Below are positions 12,032 to 26,763 of a stretch of 62,000 nucleotides of DNA, in pieces. Under the pieces are notes generated by a model, which saw only the letters and a list, made by a program, of their open reading frames with translations, was not told the origin of the DNA and made no database searches. Every line of letters starts with the position of its first letter. The first letter of the stretch is position 1. The stretch covers positions 118,006,001-118,068,000 of the forward strand of contig OX597817.1 in NCBI GenBank assembly GCA_951406725.2, given 5' to 3'. The stretch is from Octopus vulgaris (taxonomy: Eukaryota). The position numbers were made by a program, and so were the translations under genes.

Positions 12032-14685
12032 TGTATATAGTTCAGCAAAATTTAGATTCAAATGAATATGGTACTTAAGTTAGATGCACCAGAATTTTGT
12101 ATGGTGTTATCCATATAAATTCTTTCTTTTTTTTGATATTCTCCTATACTAAATAGCATAAATTCTGTGTCCCTAAAGAAACTATTTGGTTCAACTATGG
12201 AAGATGGGAAATGACGCAAATAAACTACTACGCAGAAACTTTGTTGCAGCATAATTTTGAATTTTGTTGCAGCATAATTTTGAATTTAGTGTTGGAATTC
12301 TACCTTACCTTTTCACAGAAACCAATAGCAAGTAGGGTTTCAATATAGTAGAGAGCTTAACTCCTGATGATTGAGATATATTCATCAGCGGAAAGATTGG
12401 AAACTCTAATAGAATTATTTACAAAACTAATATAAGACAGAACGGTTAGATTTATCTGTAATATAGTGGAGGCACTCGTTTCTTTAAGAACGAAGCAGTA
12501 TGAATTTATTTTAAAATAAAGCAATATCTAAAAATGTAGGGACTCTAAATTTATTCTCGAATATAACATTATTTTTATTAATGAAGTATATAGGCTGAGG
12601 TTTTCGATTATATTCCAGACCAGACTTTGACAACCCAGTGGAAACTTCTAAAGTATCGTCCCTATATAGACCATACTCAATTTTAGAAAAAAATTAAGTG
12701 GTACTGATGAAGGAATAATCCAACCATGATGCACGGATTTATATGATTTCATTGTACCATACTGGATCACAAATAAAAAAAATTCCGACTAGTTAAGCCA
12801 GAGTCATCGGCTACAGCCGTTAAAATGTTCAGCCTCCGTTTTCTGAACAAACTCACTTTCAAGATGCTACTCACAAATTATGCATCCATATACATATATA
12901 CGATCGCTAGTACACGACCACTTGCACATATACATTCCTGTATAGATATAGTAAAGTTGAATGAGAACTTGAGTGAGAGATATTGAAAGGGAGTAGAAAG
13001 GGGAGAGAATGTAGTTTAGTGTTAATCAGAGGAGATGTCAGGCTAAGTAAAGTGTTTATGTGTTCATGTCCTGAGCGGTGAATGAATCTACGCTGGTGCA
13101 TACAGGATCTGTACCCTTCTCTCTGGATTTCAAGGTAAAATTTCGTTGGAGTATGCTGTAGCGTCACTGTTAAGCTAACAGAAATTGTTGCATTGGAATT
13201 TAGTAAATCAGCTTCGAGTACCCGTCATAACGTCAGCAGTTTGAAGACTATGAGTACTTTGAGGCCATATGTATCTCAATTAAAGGAATCCAGTGAGACA
13301 ATTACGCCTCTTTGTGTCCTAGTGAGTGACACTGGAGAGGAGACGAATCGTTCTTCATGAAATAGAACAGTATTGCTTTGAGGCTCTTGGATGAACTATT
13401 AATGAAGAGGCTCCGATTCCTGTGCGTGGTGACATTTTGGTAGAAGTAGGACCCGTTTTTCCCCTATGTAGGACCCATCCCCGTTCGAATAGGATTCATT
13501 TTGGTTGGCGTACAACCGAATTTAGCTGGAGTGCGAACGATTGTGGCTAGAGTAGAAACAATTTTGGATGCAGTAGCAACCATTTGGACTAGAGAAGCAC
13601 CCATTTTGAGGGAAAAGAAACTGGAAGATTTGTGGCCTTATAAACTACAGCAAAACCAGCCTAGAAGTCGCCAGCATATTTTAAGCATTTGTGAATTGTT
13701 TGCAAACAAGTAACCATGAACAATACTAAAACTAATGTTTGACATTAGAGTCAGCCTACTAAATTAACAATATCTCACTGAAGTGGCATTTCACATTTAC
13801 AATCATCACTTTTATCATAACAGTAAATATTGTGTGTTAGTTCCGTGGATATCAGAACATGTCTACTTATCCTCCGCAATTGATTTGTGTCACTAGCATA
13901 ATATGATTAATATTAGAATGCACGCGATATCCCGAAATGGATATAATATTATGCAACAACAGCTAACTGCAGAATTGCCATGCAAAGAATTCATAATATG
14001 CAGCGCTAAGTAAGATGTTCAATGCAATAAAATGAGGTTTCTAGCTTGTATCCTGCTATATTCCTTACATGAAGTATTAAAGCGAAATGTAAATCTCTAG
14101 AGCTCATTCCAATATATTTCACATATTTTCACAGCAAACCATGCACAGGAATTATAACAACCATGCCATTGTACTCCCTATATCTATTTATAGCCTTTCC
14201 TTTTAAATTGTCTTCACTTTCTTTGTTAACATAACATTCATTTTAAGATTTGTACTGCTTTTTCTTCGTTTATTAAACAATGCTGCAAACCTTTAACAGA
14301 TTATACAACATACCCATGTAGGAATAACTATCAGTTATTTCCATGTTCCTTGAATAATAATGCACCCAATTGAACATATTTCAGTAGATATATAAATAAT
14401 ACAGGGTGTGAGAATAAAAGCATGATATATTTAAACTATGCTTATCATTCACGTTCGTGCTCGCAAAATTTTGAATAAAGGAGTAAGAATATGAATCTCA
14501 TATAAACTGCATTTCAGTAATAAAAGCTTTTCAAATTGCGAATATGTGGATTTAGTTATGATAATGTTCCATCTTTCCGTGAGTCCTACAACGACGCGCT
14601 GTTTGCATACATGTGTGCTTGGATATATGTACATATATATATATTTACTCATGTATATATATATATGTATACATATATACTCATG

Positions 14686-14774
<89 letters not shown>

Positions 14775-14892
14775 TAATATTTACTTATATATATATATAT
14801 ATAGATAGATTTCATATATAATATTTACTTATATAAATATATATATAGATACATTTATATACATAAGTAAATATATATATGTATGTATATGC

Positions 14893-14927
<35 letters not shown>

Positions 14928-15696
14928 GATAGATAGAGAGAGAGAGAAGTGTTTCTCTCTCCATCTATAGCTGTATCTGTCTATACACGCACATACACAC
15001 ACACATGTATGATATGGAATCATTAGGCAAAACGAATATATTAGCATGTTGTTTTTTATTCTTTTATTCTTCGTTTGATAACGGTGGTAAGACCGGTTTA
15101 CTTCTCACGAGAGACATGTAAACTAGTTTTGGTAAGCAAGAGCTGATAATGTGAATTTTGAAGCCATATTTGGGGGCAACTTAAACTTCTGTAATCGACA
15201 CTAAAAATATTTCCTCTCACCCTCTATCACTAGGTATGACATATACTACTAAGCATCTTGGTTGTTCAAAAATATTTTATAACCATCTGTATCAATATTC
15301 ACGATTTGTATGCTGAAGTAAAATTTTATTTTGTGTTCACGTCGAACTTTTGATTTCGCTACAACCGTGTTTACTATCAAAATGTGTAAGAGATCTTTGA
15401 ATTGTTTCCCCCACTGTGATGCATGTGTACGGTGTTTGAAACCAGGAGAAATAAAACAAACTTCTCTAAATTTGTCTGCTTTTAATGTTACTTTAAAGAC
15501 GATAGTAACCTCAATTTGCTGCGAGGAAATCGTTTACCTCAAAGTTAAAAAAATACCATGTAAATGTATCAAATGTTTCGTATTCAATTGATTTCAGTGA
15601 AGTTATTTTGGCGCTCACGGGATTTCAACTATTTATTTATATGCATCAAAGTATTGAATTATCAACTAATGTACTCCAATGATATCAAAAGAATTT

Positions 15697-15904
15697 AAGG
15701 CGGTGAGCTGGCAGACACGTTAGCGCGCCGGGCGAAATGCTTAGCGGTATTTCGTCTGTCGTTACGTTCTGAGTTCAAATTCCACCTTTCGGAGTCGATA
15801 AATAACGTACCAGTTTCGCACTGGGTTGATGTAATCGACTTAATCCGTTTGTCTGTCCTTGTTTGTCCCCTCTATGATTAGCCCCTTGTGGGCAATAAAG
15901 AAAT
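15697..15904 (+). mobile_element. SINE (ggcggtgagctggcag family) with a 15-bp target-site duplication
   Basis: B-box gagttcaaattcc. TSD atatcaaaagaattt at 15682-15696 and 15907-15921. Homologous to 16794, 46471 and 46701. Confidence 0.9.
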
Positions 15905-16793
15905 ATATATCAAAAGAATTTCATAGTTACAATTAGTAAGGAGCGAGTGCTTGTATATATTGTTTATAGTTCTTATACGGAGCTGCATTATCAGTATAGG
16001 AATTGTTTTAGGCCTTTCATTTACATTGTAGTATATGTATTTCATATGTATTATACTTCTTTGTACAATTTCAAGTAGTTAACAAAATGATAGTCATCCA
16101 CTTTGTTTGCAATATATTTTAGAGCATTTTGTTGCTAAGACGTGAAGCAGATATTGCGTCTGCATGTACTATGAATGTCATTAGATGGTGGATTTATGTA
16201 GATGTGTATAGCCATTTTAAAGATGTAGAATGCACATTGGTGAAGTAGCTTCATAAATCGAGATGACATAGATATGTTGTATTGCATTAGAAACCTCAAC
16301 AAACCACAAGTTTTAATTTATGGAGACTGTTAATGAGTATTTGACTAATACATCTGGCTGTCTTCCAGAAAATAAGTTTCCAATGCAAGCAATACTGTTA
16401 TGAAGTGTAATGATCTCTGTATGGAAATGAATCAGAGCTGTATTATATTTGTGACGCATAGAGGAAAGCAGTATATGCTTCAAACATTTTATAGTTTGAG
16501 CAAGAGAGAGATCAAGAAACATCAATTGCAAAATATCAGAGATTATTATTTCATTTGAAACACTTGTTTGTGATTACCAACGTATCTTCAAACAATAAAC
16601 CCATCCTTTTCCTCCACGGTAAGTCAATTTGGAAAATGCGTGATTCTTGAAATTATCTTCCCTTCTTGAGTGGAACTGTTCTTAACTGATATTAAATATG
16701 ATACATCCGGTAGAGGTGGGTGTAATTTTAATAAACAAAAATTTATGCAGTATAATATTTAATATTCTTGTATTTGCGTATATTGTAAGTTTT

Positions 16794-17004
16794 AAGGCAG
16801 CGAACTAGCAGAATCGTTAGCACGCCGGGCAGAATGCTTAGCGGTATTTAATCCGTTTTTATATTTTCAGTTCAAATTCAGCAGATGCAGATTTTGTCTT
16901 TCATCCTCTCTGGAGTTGATAAATTAAGTACCACCGAGGGTTGGTGTAATCGACTTTCCCCCTTTCCTCGAAATCGCTGGCCTTTTATCAAAATTTTGAA
17001 GCCT
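16794..17004 (+). mobile_element. Older SINE of the same family with a 14-bp target-site duplication
   Basis: TSD tatattgtaagttt at 16779-16792 and 17010-17023. Shared head and body. Confidence 0.85.
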
Positions 17005-18506
17005 ATATATATATTGTAAGTTTGATACTCTTCATTTTGTATTTCCGAAATAATATAAGTATACTTCTGGATACATCACTTTAGATATTGCCAAAGCAAG
17101 AATTTGTGTGATTACTGTTAGATTTTTGTTTTATTGAAATGGTTTTGCAGAGGATGACAGGAAAAACTAACCATTAGGTAGAAGACTTTTACAATACTTA
17201 AATACCGGAAATCACAACGAAATATAAAATGAAGCCTTTGGTGTGGTAAGCGTAGAGAATTAGGAATATTCTATGATCTCATTGTACAGACAAAATAAGA
17301 CGAAATTTCGTTCTCAATTGAGATGATACAACGCATATATTGGACATATATACAGCGATGTATATTGAGAGAATTGACAAAGTGTGTGATTTGAAATATG
17401 ACTGAACGCTTCCCACATTCCGTTTGGATTTGGCCATAATTATGTTGTTACTGTTGAGCCATAGGTCATCACTAACTGACTAAAATGTCTCTGAGTTATA
17501 TTGTACTGCTGTTCAGGCACAATGTATATGGAACTCTAATATACGCTACAATCTTTTAATGACGTGGAATATGACTTGTAAAAGGTCTACAATATGACTG
17601 AAGGAAAATTTAGTTGCTATGCGTGGAAGCATCAAGCCGTCGACAATTGCGAAGATACTGTTCGCTCCCTCATGCGTTATCTCGTGTTTTATGTTACATG
17701 GAAGATTAACCATTTTCGTGGTAAAATATTAGGAATAGCTGTACTGCTGGTCATTGTTAAGGCAATAAAAATGAAAGTAGTGTACTTGTATTTGCCTATT
17801 GTGATATCATTCTTTTGTTGAATACCAAAAGTAAGTTAGCCATTTAGTTTATCAGGATATATATTTATTTGAGAATGGAGCGTATTTTCGTCTGATTCTC
17901 TCTAAGAATTGTTGCCAGAGATAAAGTGATTAACCTACAATATAAATAATCAGCAAATATCAAAGTAACGTATGCTTTAGACTATTGGTATGCTATTTTC
18001 ATATCCAATAAATATGTTTATACTAAGCAAGACAGTTTGTTGATTACTACTGTTTTGCAAATGTGCAAAAGAAACGAAACTCACAAACAGGAATTATTAG
18101 AAGAACGAAGTTAATATTTCATACAAAAGATTTCATGAATGTGATAATTTAAAAGGAATATTTCTTGAGAAACTTATAAGGCTGGTAAGGATTAAAGCCA
18201 GTACATCTGAATTGGGTTTAACGAAAATATTTATTTATTTATTGGATTCATAGGTTTTACACAGTTGACATTTGCCATTTGAAGTATGTTCATGCATTTC
18301 TTTACTTTGCCTAAGATTGTTTTTGAACTTACCTTGCTCACTCCTTAAACCAGAACATAAATATTCGTAATATGTAATATCGAAGATCGAAGGTCACACA
18401 GATGCTGCATACCCAACAAATGATTTGTCCTGTCTCAAGATATACGCCTTTTTTCTTTTTGACTGGTTAATGTAAGAATTCCTACTTCGCATATTCTCTT
18501 CCACTA

Positions 18507-18584
<78 letters not shown>

Positions 18585-18663
18585 TATGCGTGTGTGTGTG
18601 TGTGTGTTTGTGTGTGTGTGTTTATGTATATATACGTATATGTATACATGTAAATATTTATTC

Positions 18664-18694
<31 letters not shown>

Positions 18695-18713
18695 GAGAGA
18701 GAGAGAGAGAGAT

Positions 18714-18723
18714 AAATAGATAG

Positions 18724-18821
<98 letters not shown>
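18714..18821. repeat. (GATA)n microsatellite within a compound (CT)/(TA)/(TG)/(GA) array
   Basis: Directly visible. Confidence 0.97.
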
Positions 18822-18822
<1 letters not shown>

Positions 18823-20889
18823 TGTACGCATACGTATATATACTTATAAATATCAGGATAGATAAATATAGATGTAGATATAAATTCACTTACGTACATA
18901 TGCATATGTGTCTGTGTGTTTGTGTATGTGTGTTGGATATGGATGTGTCCGTACGAGCGAAGGCATTTATATTTGTACATTTGAGAATTTGGAAGACAGA
19001 GAATCCGAAATTCTATTCATTTTTATCTTAGTATATTTTGAAGAACTCTACAGATCTGAGTGCAGAAGGAATAAGTTTATCACGTGTAACAGTTGGACAA
19101 TTCAAAGTTTACGTTTCTTTATCTTCGTGCGATTTCAGAACTATTACACTTCAACCTAATCTTCATCTGTCTGTGATTTTCATGCTGCGCATAATACACT
19201 TTGAGTTCCTCTTATCGTTGATCTTTTAAGAGCAGAGAATAGGATTGCTAAGATGCATTTATGAGGAAAAAATTATAAATGCTATTAAGAGGTAACATTT
19301 GTTATTGAATTTACTAAAATTACGCTAAGAAGTATATAATCTGCAATAATGATCTGGAAGGACGAATGTGCTTTTGATTTTGTATTATTTTTGTTTTATG
19401 CTATGATGGCATAAATAAAACAAAATTCTTAGTTTGTTTATCTATTTAATCTGAAATACGTAATACCATTCATATATCAGGTTCATGTATCGTGATTAAA
19501 GCAAGCATTTTAGTAGGCAAATACGACTTCATAAATGAATAATTTCTAGTCGCTGATTTCAGAGAAGGAAATATCTGAAACTAATAATATTTAGCTTCTT
19601 ATATTTCCTTCGGTGGTTTAGGTAAGAAGAATATATTTTATATTATTTTTATCTGGAAAACGCGTAATATTATACGACATGTAAGTAAGAGTGAAATTAT
19701 ATTTCTGCACATTCTTTCATGCAGAAAATATTGTGAATCTCTGTTTTGGTCTGTAAATTTTCCTGTTTGTGTATTCAATTCTATGGATGAATGCACTACC
19801 ATATATGATGATTTTATTAATGTGGGTGTCTTCGCGTGCTCACATGACTTCTGCAGATCTTATATCAGCACGCAAAGTAACACACATATATACATGCACA
19901 ATATTTCATTTCTTACAAACGGTTCTTTTTATGTATTTCCTAAAAGTTAGTTTGAACAATCGCATACTTAGTCGCAACTAATCTATTCGCGAAGACATTT
20001 CTCATTTCACTGATTCTTTAGAGAAGTCTTACATTTTTCATTATGAAATCAATTTAACGAAACGTAAATATAATCGAATATCTATTCCTGGTCACTGGTG
20101 CTGCTTAAATTCTCAGTGAAGTATTCGTGTTAAATAATCCCTGAAACTGAATGTCTAGGTTGCTTGTGTATTCTGCCTATTGCTTTAAATATGCATTACT
20201 GATTGCTCACTAGAAATATGTAACTGATATGTTCAATGTCACAGTTTGTGAAATCATATTAGTAGCAAGTTATCTAGTGAGTTGAGTACATCCACCTGCA
20301 TTGTTTCTTCACCAGATACAGAAAAGATCGGGTAACTTTTGCATCAGACGGAAAGCTGTTTAGCAATAATAATAATATAGGATAGACTATTCGACTTCAT
20401 ATCGCTTCAATTACTGGTCGCTAGAGCAAAGATTTGGTGTTAAAGTGACTATACACTAATATTCATGAATTGTTTCGACTAAATATGAATGGAAATTCAC
20501 TCGATATTTAGTTAATAGTATATTTTATCCAGAGGCTTGCATATCATTTCAAATATTCTACTGGCGACATTGATATATTTTCTGCCATATAAATATCTGA
20601 TTTATTTGCTGATGTATTGATTTATTGATAAATTTATTAGATTACACTATGTATTAATTCACTAATTATTTTATGGACTAAATAAAGCGAATGCATTTTA
20701 CAAGAGAAAATATATACACATGTACATATGTGCGTGTATATATATATATATCTTTATATACATATATATCTATAACTATCTGTCTATCCATACATACATA
20801 CATACATACATACATACATACATACATGCATACATACATACTTACATATATATATACATATATCCGTTTAAAAACTTTTCACGTTGGAT

Positions 20890-21250
20890 TACATATACAA
20901 GTACATGGCTCGCAAGAATATAAGTCATATACAGGGGATTCAGATAATTTATTCAAACTCGATTCTATTCACACAGAAATTCTTTCCGATAGCCCGACAA
21001 AGGGACAGCGACTAGTCTTCCAAAGCATGTCTGGGAATTGAAAGAGAACGACACTCGTCCTTTCAATTTAACCTGGAAAATCCTAGAAAAAGCATCAGCA
21101 TACAAACGCGGAGCTTATAAAAGACCTATGAAATTTAATCTTTGCTTCTCAGAGACGTTCTTCATCTTGTTCCAAGATAGAAATGCTTTGAACTAGAGAC
21201 GCGAACTCTCTAATTCCTGCCAGCACAGCACAAAATTTAAGATATCAACC
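20890..21250 (+). mobile_element. Penelope-like element GIY-YIG endonuclease C-terminal remnant
   Basis: Frameshifted translation YTGDS.NLFK...TSLPKHVWELKEND...LTWKILEKASAY...NLCFSETFFIL...ALN*RRELSNSCQH..KFKI matches the PLE endonuclease tail pattern (LSK..W.LK, W.IL, LCL.EK..I, LN.R.E....CRH). Confidence 0.75.
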
Positions 21251-21680
21251 GACAAAATAGCATGGGGGTAAAATGTTTTGACTTTCGAAATATATTTTTG
21301 ACTGTCGTATTTGGAGTTGACTTTAGACGGTATAGTTATATTGCATCGCAATGCTAATGTATATTGCGACTTCATTCTTAAGAAAACCTTCGGCAGTTTT
21401 GTAAATTTAATTTCAAGCTTAAACTTCACTGAGGTTTATGTTTATTTTTTTTTAATTTTTACTCAGGTATTTAATTAAGTTACATCAAATTAATGTACAA
21501 TTTCCTTACTTTACATTTTAATATTTTAATATAAACACTGAACAGTATTTTAAAAAATTGTTTGCATATATACGTTATGATGTAGATATGCCTCTATATA
21601 TTTATGTGTATGTATGTATTTTAAGTATGTATATTTATGTATATGAAAGTATGTGTGTGTGCGTACACATAGGCGAGTGC

Positions 21681-21720
<40 letters not shown>

Positions 21721-21741
21721 ATATCTATATCTATATCTCTA

Positions 21742-21797
<56 letters not shown>

Positions 21798-21816
21798 TAT
21801 ATATATACATATATAT

Positions 21817-23725
21817 GCAACAATCCTATGTGAAGGAGAAAGCAGACAAAGAAGCCTGGGTTATAAAAAACATTAAATCAAACCCAAAGGCCTTCTTTCT
21901 TTACGCGAAAGAAACAGCCTCAGTGCACTACAAGATAGGACCCCTCCTCTAAAAGGATGGCTCCCTCACAGACAGTCCACCTATGATCAGTGAGATGCTG
22001 AATGACCAGTTCAAAAGTGTCTTTACCACTCCGTTGGAACACAGACAAGTGAACGAACCAGTGGACTTCTTTGCCGCCTCACCTATAACCAGCGAGGCGG
22101 TTACAACAGAATGTATTGACATTAGCGAAAAAGATGTCCTACTAGCCATAGATGAAGTGGACACAAACTCAGCTGCTGGTCCAGACGGTTTCCCAGCCAT
22201 CCTCCTCAAAGCGTGTAAGCATGCCCTGGCAAAACCCCTCAAGATTCTCTTCCAGAGCTTTCTTGCGAATGGCAGACTGCCAAGCAAGCTGAAGGAGGGA
22301 ATAATATGCCCAATACATAAAGGGGGAAGTAGAGCAGATGCCAAAAACTATAGGCCTATCTCTCTGACTTCACAAATCAGCAAAGTCATGGAAAGGATAG
22401 TCAGAAAGAAACTAATCGCATTCCTTGAGGAAAATAACTTGCTGAGTAATACCCAGCATGGTTTTCGACCAGGGAGGAACTGCCTGACCCAGCTCTTACA
22501 GCATTATGACTAGGTGTTGAGGCAGTTACTCAACAAATCAAATGTGGACGTAATCTACCTTGATTTTGCAAAAGCTTTTGACAAGGTGGATCATGGTATG
22601 ATATGCCACAAACTACGTGACCTCGGCATAGCTGGAAAACTTGGAGTGTGGTTGCATGACTTCCTGAAAGATAGGAGTCAGGCAGTAGTGGTTAATGGAG
22701 CCACCTCTATGAACACACAAATAGTGAGCGGTGTTCGACAGGGCACCGTCTTGGGACCACTGCTTTTTATAGTGGCCCTCTCAGATATGCCCTCAAATGC
22801 CCGGATAGCCACTCTGGCCAGCTATGCAGACGATACGAAAGTCTCGCAGAAAATACAGAACCCCAGCGATGTTGCACACCTGCAACAGGAGTTAGACTCA
22901 ATCTACAGATGACCTGAGAATAATAATATGCAGTTTAATGCTGAAAACTTTCAGGCCCTGCGCTACCAGCATCCAATATTGAATATTAAACTTACAGGAT
23001 ACACCGGTCCACAGGGAATTTCAATCCCAGAGCCTAAGTCTGTGAGGGACCTGAGTATCGACAGAAGTGATGATACCTCTTTCCAAGTGCACATTACCAA
23101 GATGGGGACAAAGTGCAGACGACTGTCTGGGTGGATCCTAAGAACATTCAGAACCAGAGATAAGGAAACCATGATGGTCCTCTGGCGGGCATTCGTCCTC
23201 AGTCGCCTGGATTACTGCTCACAGCTGTGGTCACCCACCGGTGTAAAATTAATAGCGGACCTTGAAGTAATCCAGAGCAGATTCACAAAGAAGATCGTCT
23301 CTTTGCAACTGCTCAGCTACTGGGAAAGGTTGAAACAGCTAAGACTCTACTCCCTGGCGAGAAGACGGGAGAGGTATGCAGTAATATATGTCTGGAAGAT
23401 CCTGGAAGAAATTGTGCCAAATTTTGGCATTGTAAGCTACACCAATGCTAGAACGGGACGACACTGCATAGTGCCAAAGATCCCAGCAAAGCCATCACGC
23501 TTCAGGACCAGCTTCTGCAACAGCATGGGTTTCAAGGGCCCACAGCTTTTTAATATTCTCCCAAAAAGTCTGAGGAACTTGCACAAAGTAGATGTAGCGG
23601 TTTTTAAATCAAAGCTGGACATCTTCCTGTCAAGAGTCCCAGATGAACCTACCTCACGGCAAGAGGTGCAAATGAGAGTAGCTGTATCAAACTCCATCCT
23701 TCACCAAGTGCCACATATTAGATGA
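21817..23725 (+). pseudogene. LINE ORF2 reverse transcriptase, one frame with three in-frame stops
   Basis: Track ORFs 21653, 21983, 22514 and 22928 share one frame; stops at 21950, 22511 and 22910. The endonuclease domain is absent. Confidence 0.9.
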
Positions 23726-23805
23726 AGTTCGTCGCAATAACAGTGTAGCACAAAACGGCGGTGCATCAGCATGGCCGCAGCTCTGAGCTGAAACTAGAAA
23801 AAAAA
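21817..23805 (+). mobile_element. 5'-truncated CR1/L2-group LINE
   Basis: RT motifs NYRPISLTS, YLDFAKAFDKVDH, QGTVLGPLLF and YADDTK; short 3' UTR with stem-loop and A-rich tail; 5' end sits in (TA)n. Confidence 0.95.
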
Positions 23806-24140
23806 CCCATATATATATAAATATATATATATGTGTGTGTGTGTGTATCGCAAAATTACTAGGAAATTCTGGCCATTGAATGACGAGGAAATAAGCTGCG
23901 AATGGTACGTGTATCCTCTATTTGTCCAGTTTCCCGTCTGTTATGTTATCGTCTAGTTTTCAGTATGGATTTCCGGTTGCTGTGTTTTCGCCTTGTTGTG
24001 TTCTTTCTGTTCAACACTTGAGTTTAAATATATATATATAAATTAATAATAATAATATTAGGGAATAAATCCAAACTTACAGGGAAAAATTAGATTTAAG
24101 ATTAAATCCAATTTTATAGTATAAATATATTATATTACTA

Positions 24141-24413
24141 TATTAAATTAGAGATAAAACCACTATTAGGCAAATCAAACAAAATAAAAAAATAAAGTAA
24201 TTAATTAATTAATTAATTAATTAAATAAATAATATATAAATATGAAAATATACATACATATATATATTTGTATATATATATAAAATTTATTAGTTTAAAT
24301 TCTTTAAATAATTTTTTATTCTTAACTTTTATATTTTTAAATTAATTTTATGTATTGGCTTATGTTTTTCACTGTTTGATTTGCCTAATAGTGGTTTTAT
24401 CTCTAATTTAATA
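24141..24413. repeat. Inverted repeat with 41-bp perfect arms and an AT-rich spacer
   Basis: tattaaattagagataaaaccactattaggcaaatcaaaca (24141-24181) is the reverse complement of 24373-24413. A single copy of the motif recurs at 39621-39669. Confidence 0.92.
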
Positions 24414-24443
24414 TGATATATATATATATATATATAGGGGTTA

Positions 24444-25705
24444 TAGGGGTTGGACAAAATAATGGAAAAACCTAGCATCATAGCATCATAATTTTGAAAT
24501 ATCTATAAAAGCGTCAAAAGCGTGTTTATGTTTATGTTATTTTCTATTTATCATTATTGTTGCTTAGTATCATTTGCTAAAATTGCTCTTTCCTTTCAGA
24601 TATAAGAAAAAAGGTAGTTAAAATGAATTAACATGACAGATCTATTGGACTTTCAAAGACGTTACACTCAATAAACAGTCCTGGCACGCGCTAGCGGAAC
24701 AAAAAACAGCTGAAATGTTTGTTGTATCAAGAAGTACTGTCTTGAAAGTAATGACAGCCTTTGAGAAAGAGGGAAAAAAACCTCCTTGTCGAAACAAAAC
24801 TCCGGAAGAAAGCCAAAACTTTCAGATAGGCCCTGTTGGAATCCTCCACGAATTGTTAGAAAGTATCACAAATGTACAGCTCCCAAAATTTCTGCAGAGC
24901 TTAATGACCACCTCGAGAACCCAGTTTCAAATAAAATTGTTCGCCGGGAGCTGAACAAAGCCGGATTTCACAGGAGTGCTGCAATCAGAAAACCACTAGT
25001 TTCAACAAACATTACAAAGCGATTAGAGTGGAGCAAAAAACCTACAGATTTGGTCCTTCGATCAGGGGCAGAATGCTATTTTCTCAGAATATTCATCCTT
25101 TACTTTATTTCCGAAAACTGGCCGAGTATATGTGTGGAGACAGCCAAAATAAACATTTCACCCAGACTGCTTTGTTCCAACTGTTAAACATGGAGGAGGA
25201 TCTGTGATGATTGGGGTGGGGTATACCTTGGAAATCCGCAAGCCTTCGTGACATAATTAATATTCAAGACTATTTAAGTATTTTATCTGATCCAATTCAT
25301 CTAATGGTTGCGGAAATGTTTCCGGAATGAAACGCACTCTTTCAGGATGATACCCTACTAATTTAAACAGCTAAAGTTGTTACTGAATGGCACGAGGAAC
25401 ATTCTAGTGAAGTTGAGCATCTTATCTGGCCACCACAATCCCCAGATCTCAATATTATTGAACATTTATGGTGCATTTTAGAAAAACATGTATGAGGTCG
25501 ATAACATCCTCCATCATCACTACGAAAACTGGAGACTGTTTTAGCTGAAATATGGACACAAATTCCTTTGGAAACAATTCAAACATTCTAGGAGTCCATA
25601 CTGCGTAGAATTCAAGTTGTAATTACTACCAAAGGCGGTCCTACCTCTTACTAAAGTAAATTTGTTTGAAAGTTTAGTGCTTCCATTATTTTGTGTAAAC
25701 CCCTC
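24444..25705 (+). mobile_element. Full-length decayed Tc1-family transposon
   Basis: TIRs (c/t)aggggttggacaaaataatggaa ... ttccattattttgtgtaaacccct with TA flanks. Transposase motifs SGRKPKLS, TVKHGGGS and WPPQSPDLNIIEHLW. Confidence 0.92.
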
Positions 25706-25937
25706 TATATATCCACGCAGAGGAACACATATTGAGCTTTAATTCAAAGCCAAATTAGCTTGCTCACTGTGGGGTGGTTATCTCCCCTGTCAGTAGATAG
25801 ACAATGAGTTTCTTGTGACTATAAGGGTTATTGACTCTTGTTTCTATCAATGTAGATGCTAACATGCACCCCCAGTGACAATAGAATTTTTCCTTATATA
25901 TTTGGTTTTATATTGCGTCTAGGTACCTTCGTTATGT

Positions 25938-26002
<65 letters not shown>

Positions 26003-26131
26003 ATACCTGTACACTTACTGTACACTCATACTTACACATGGTTTTATACGATAACAATTCAGTTGCGCACAATTAGAAAGTAACACACAACACAGGCAAG
26101 TAAATATATATATACAAACCATATATATATG

Positions 26132-26190
<59 letters not shown>

Positions 26191-26192
<2 letters not shown>

Positions 26193-26454
26193 CTTCCTAG
26201 GTGTAATCCCATGGTCAGCCATGACCCTGCCAGCACAAGTCCGGGTAAAGCTGTTTATGGAAGACCAACAGTCACCCATTCATACCGGCCTTCCCTCTCC
26301 ACACCACCAGTGTTATCCAAGGGAAAGGCAAAGGCCGATACAACTTGGCACTTGTGACGTTGCATCTCATTTATACTGCTGAGTGAACTGGAGCAACGTG
26401 AAACAAAGTGTCAATATCGTAAGCTCGATGCTCTAACCACCGAGCCATGCGCCT

Positions 26455-26455
<1 letters not shown>
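26191..26455 (-). mobile_element. tRNA-derived SINE with an internal deletion
   Basis: Minus-strand head aaggcgcatggctcggtggttagagc has an A box; the B-box region is deleted. Body gacactttgtttcacgttgctccagttcactcag is CORE-like. Flanked by (TA)n. Confidence 0.75.
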
Positions 26456-26536
<81 letters not shown>

Positions 26537-26609
26537 TACATTTATATATATATGAGTGTATTTCATATATGCATATATATATACATATTTGTATCTACAT
26601 ATGTATATG

Positions 26610-26656
<47 letters not shown>

Positions 26657-26665
26657 ATATATATG

Positions 26666-26763
<98 letters not shown>

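Noticed and set aside
14400-14610. tacagggtg start resembling a Tc1/mariner TIR
   Set aside because: I found no matching second TIR or transposase motif.
22511-22912. Two Trp-to-stop G-to-A changes in the LINE ORF2, suggesting deaminase editing
   Set aside because: Two events are too few; ordinary transitions explain them.
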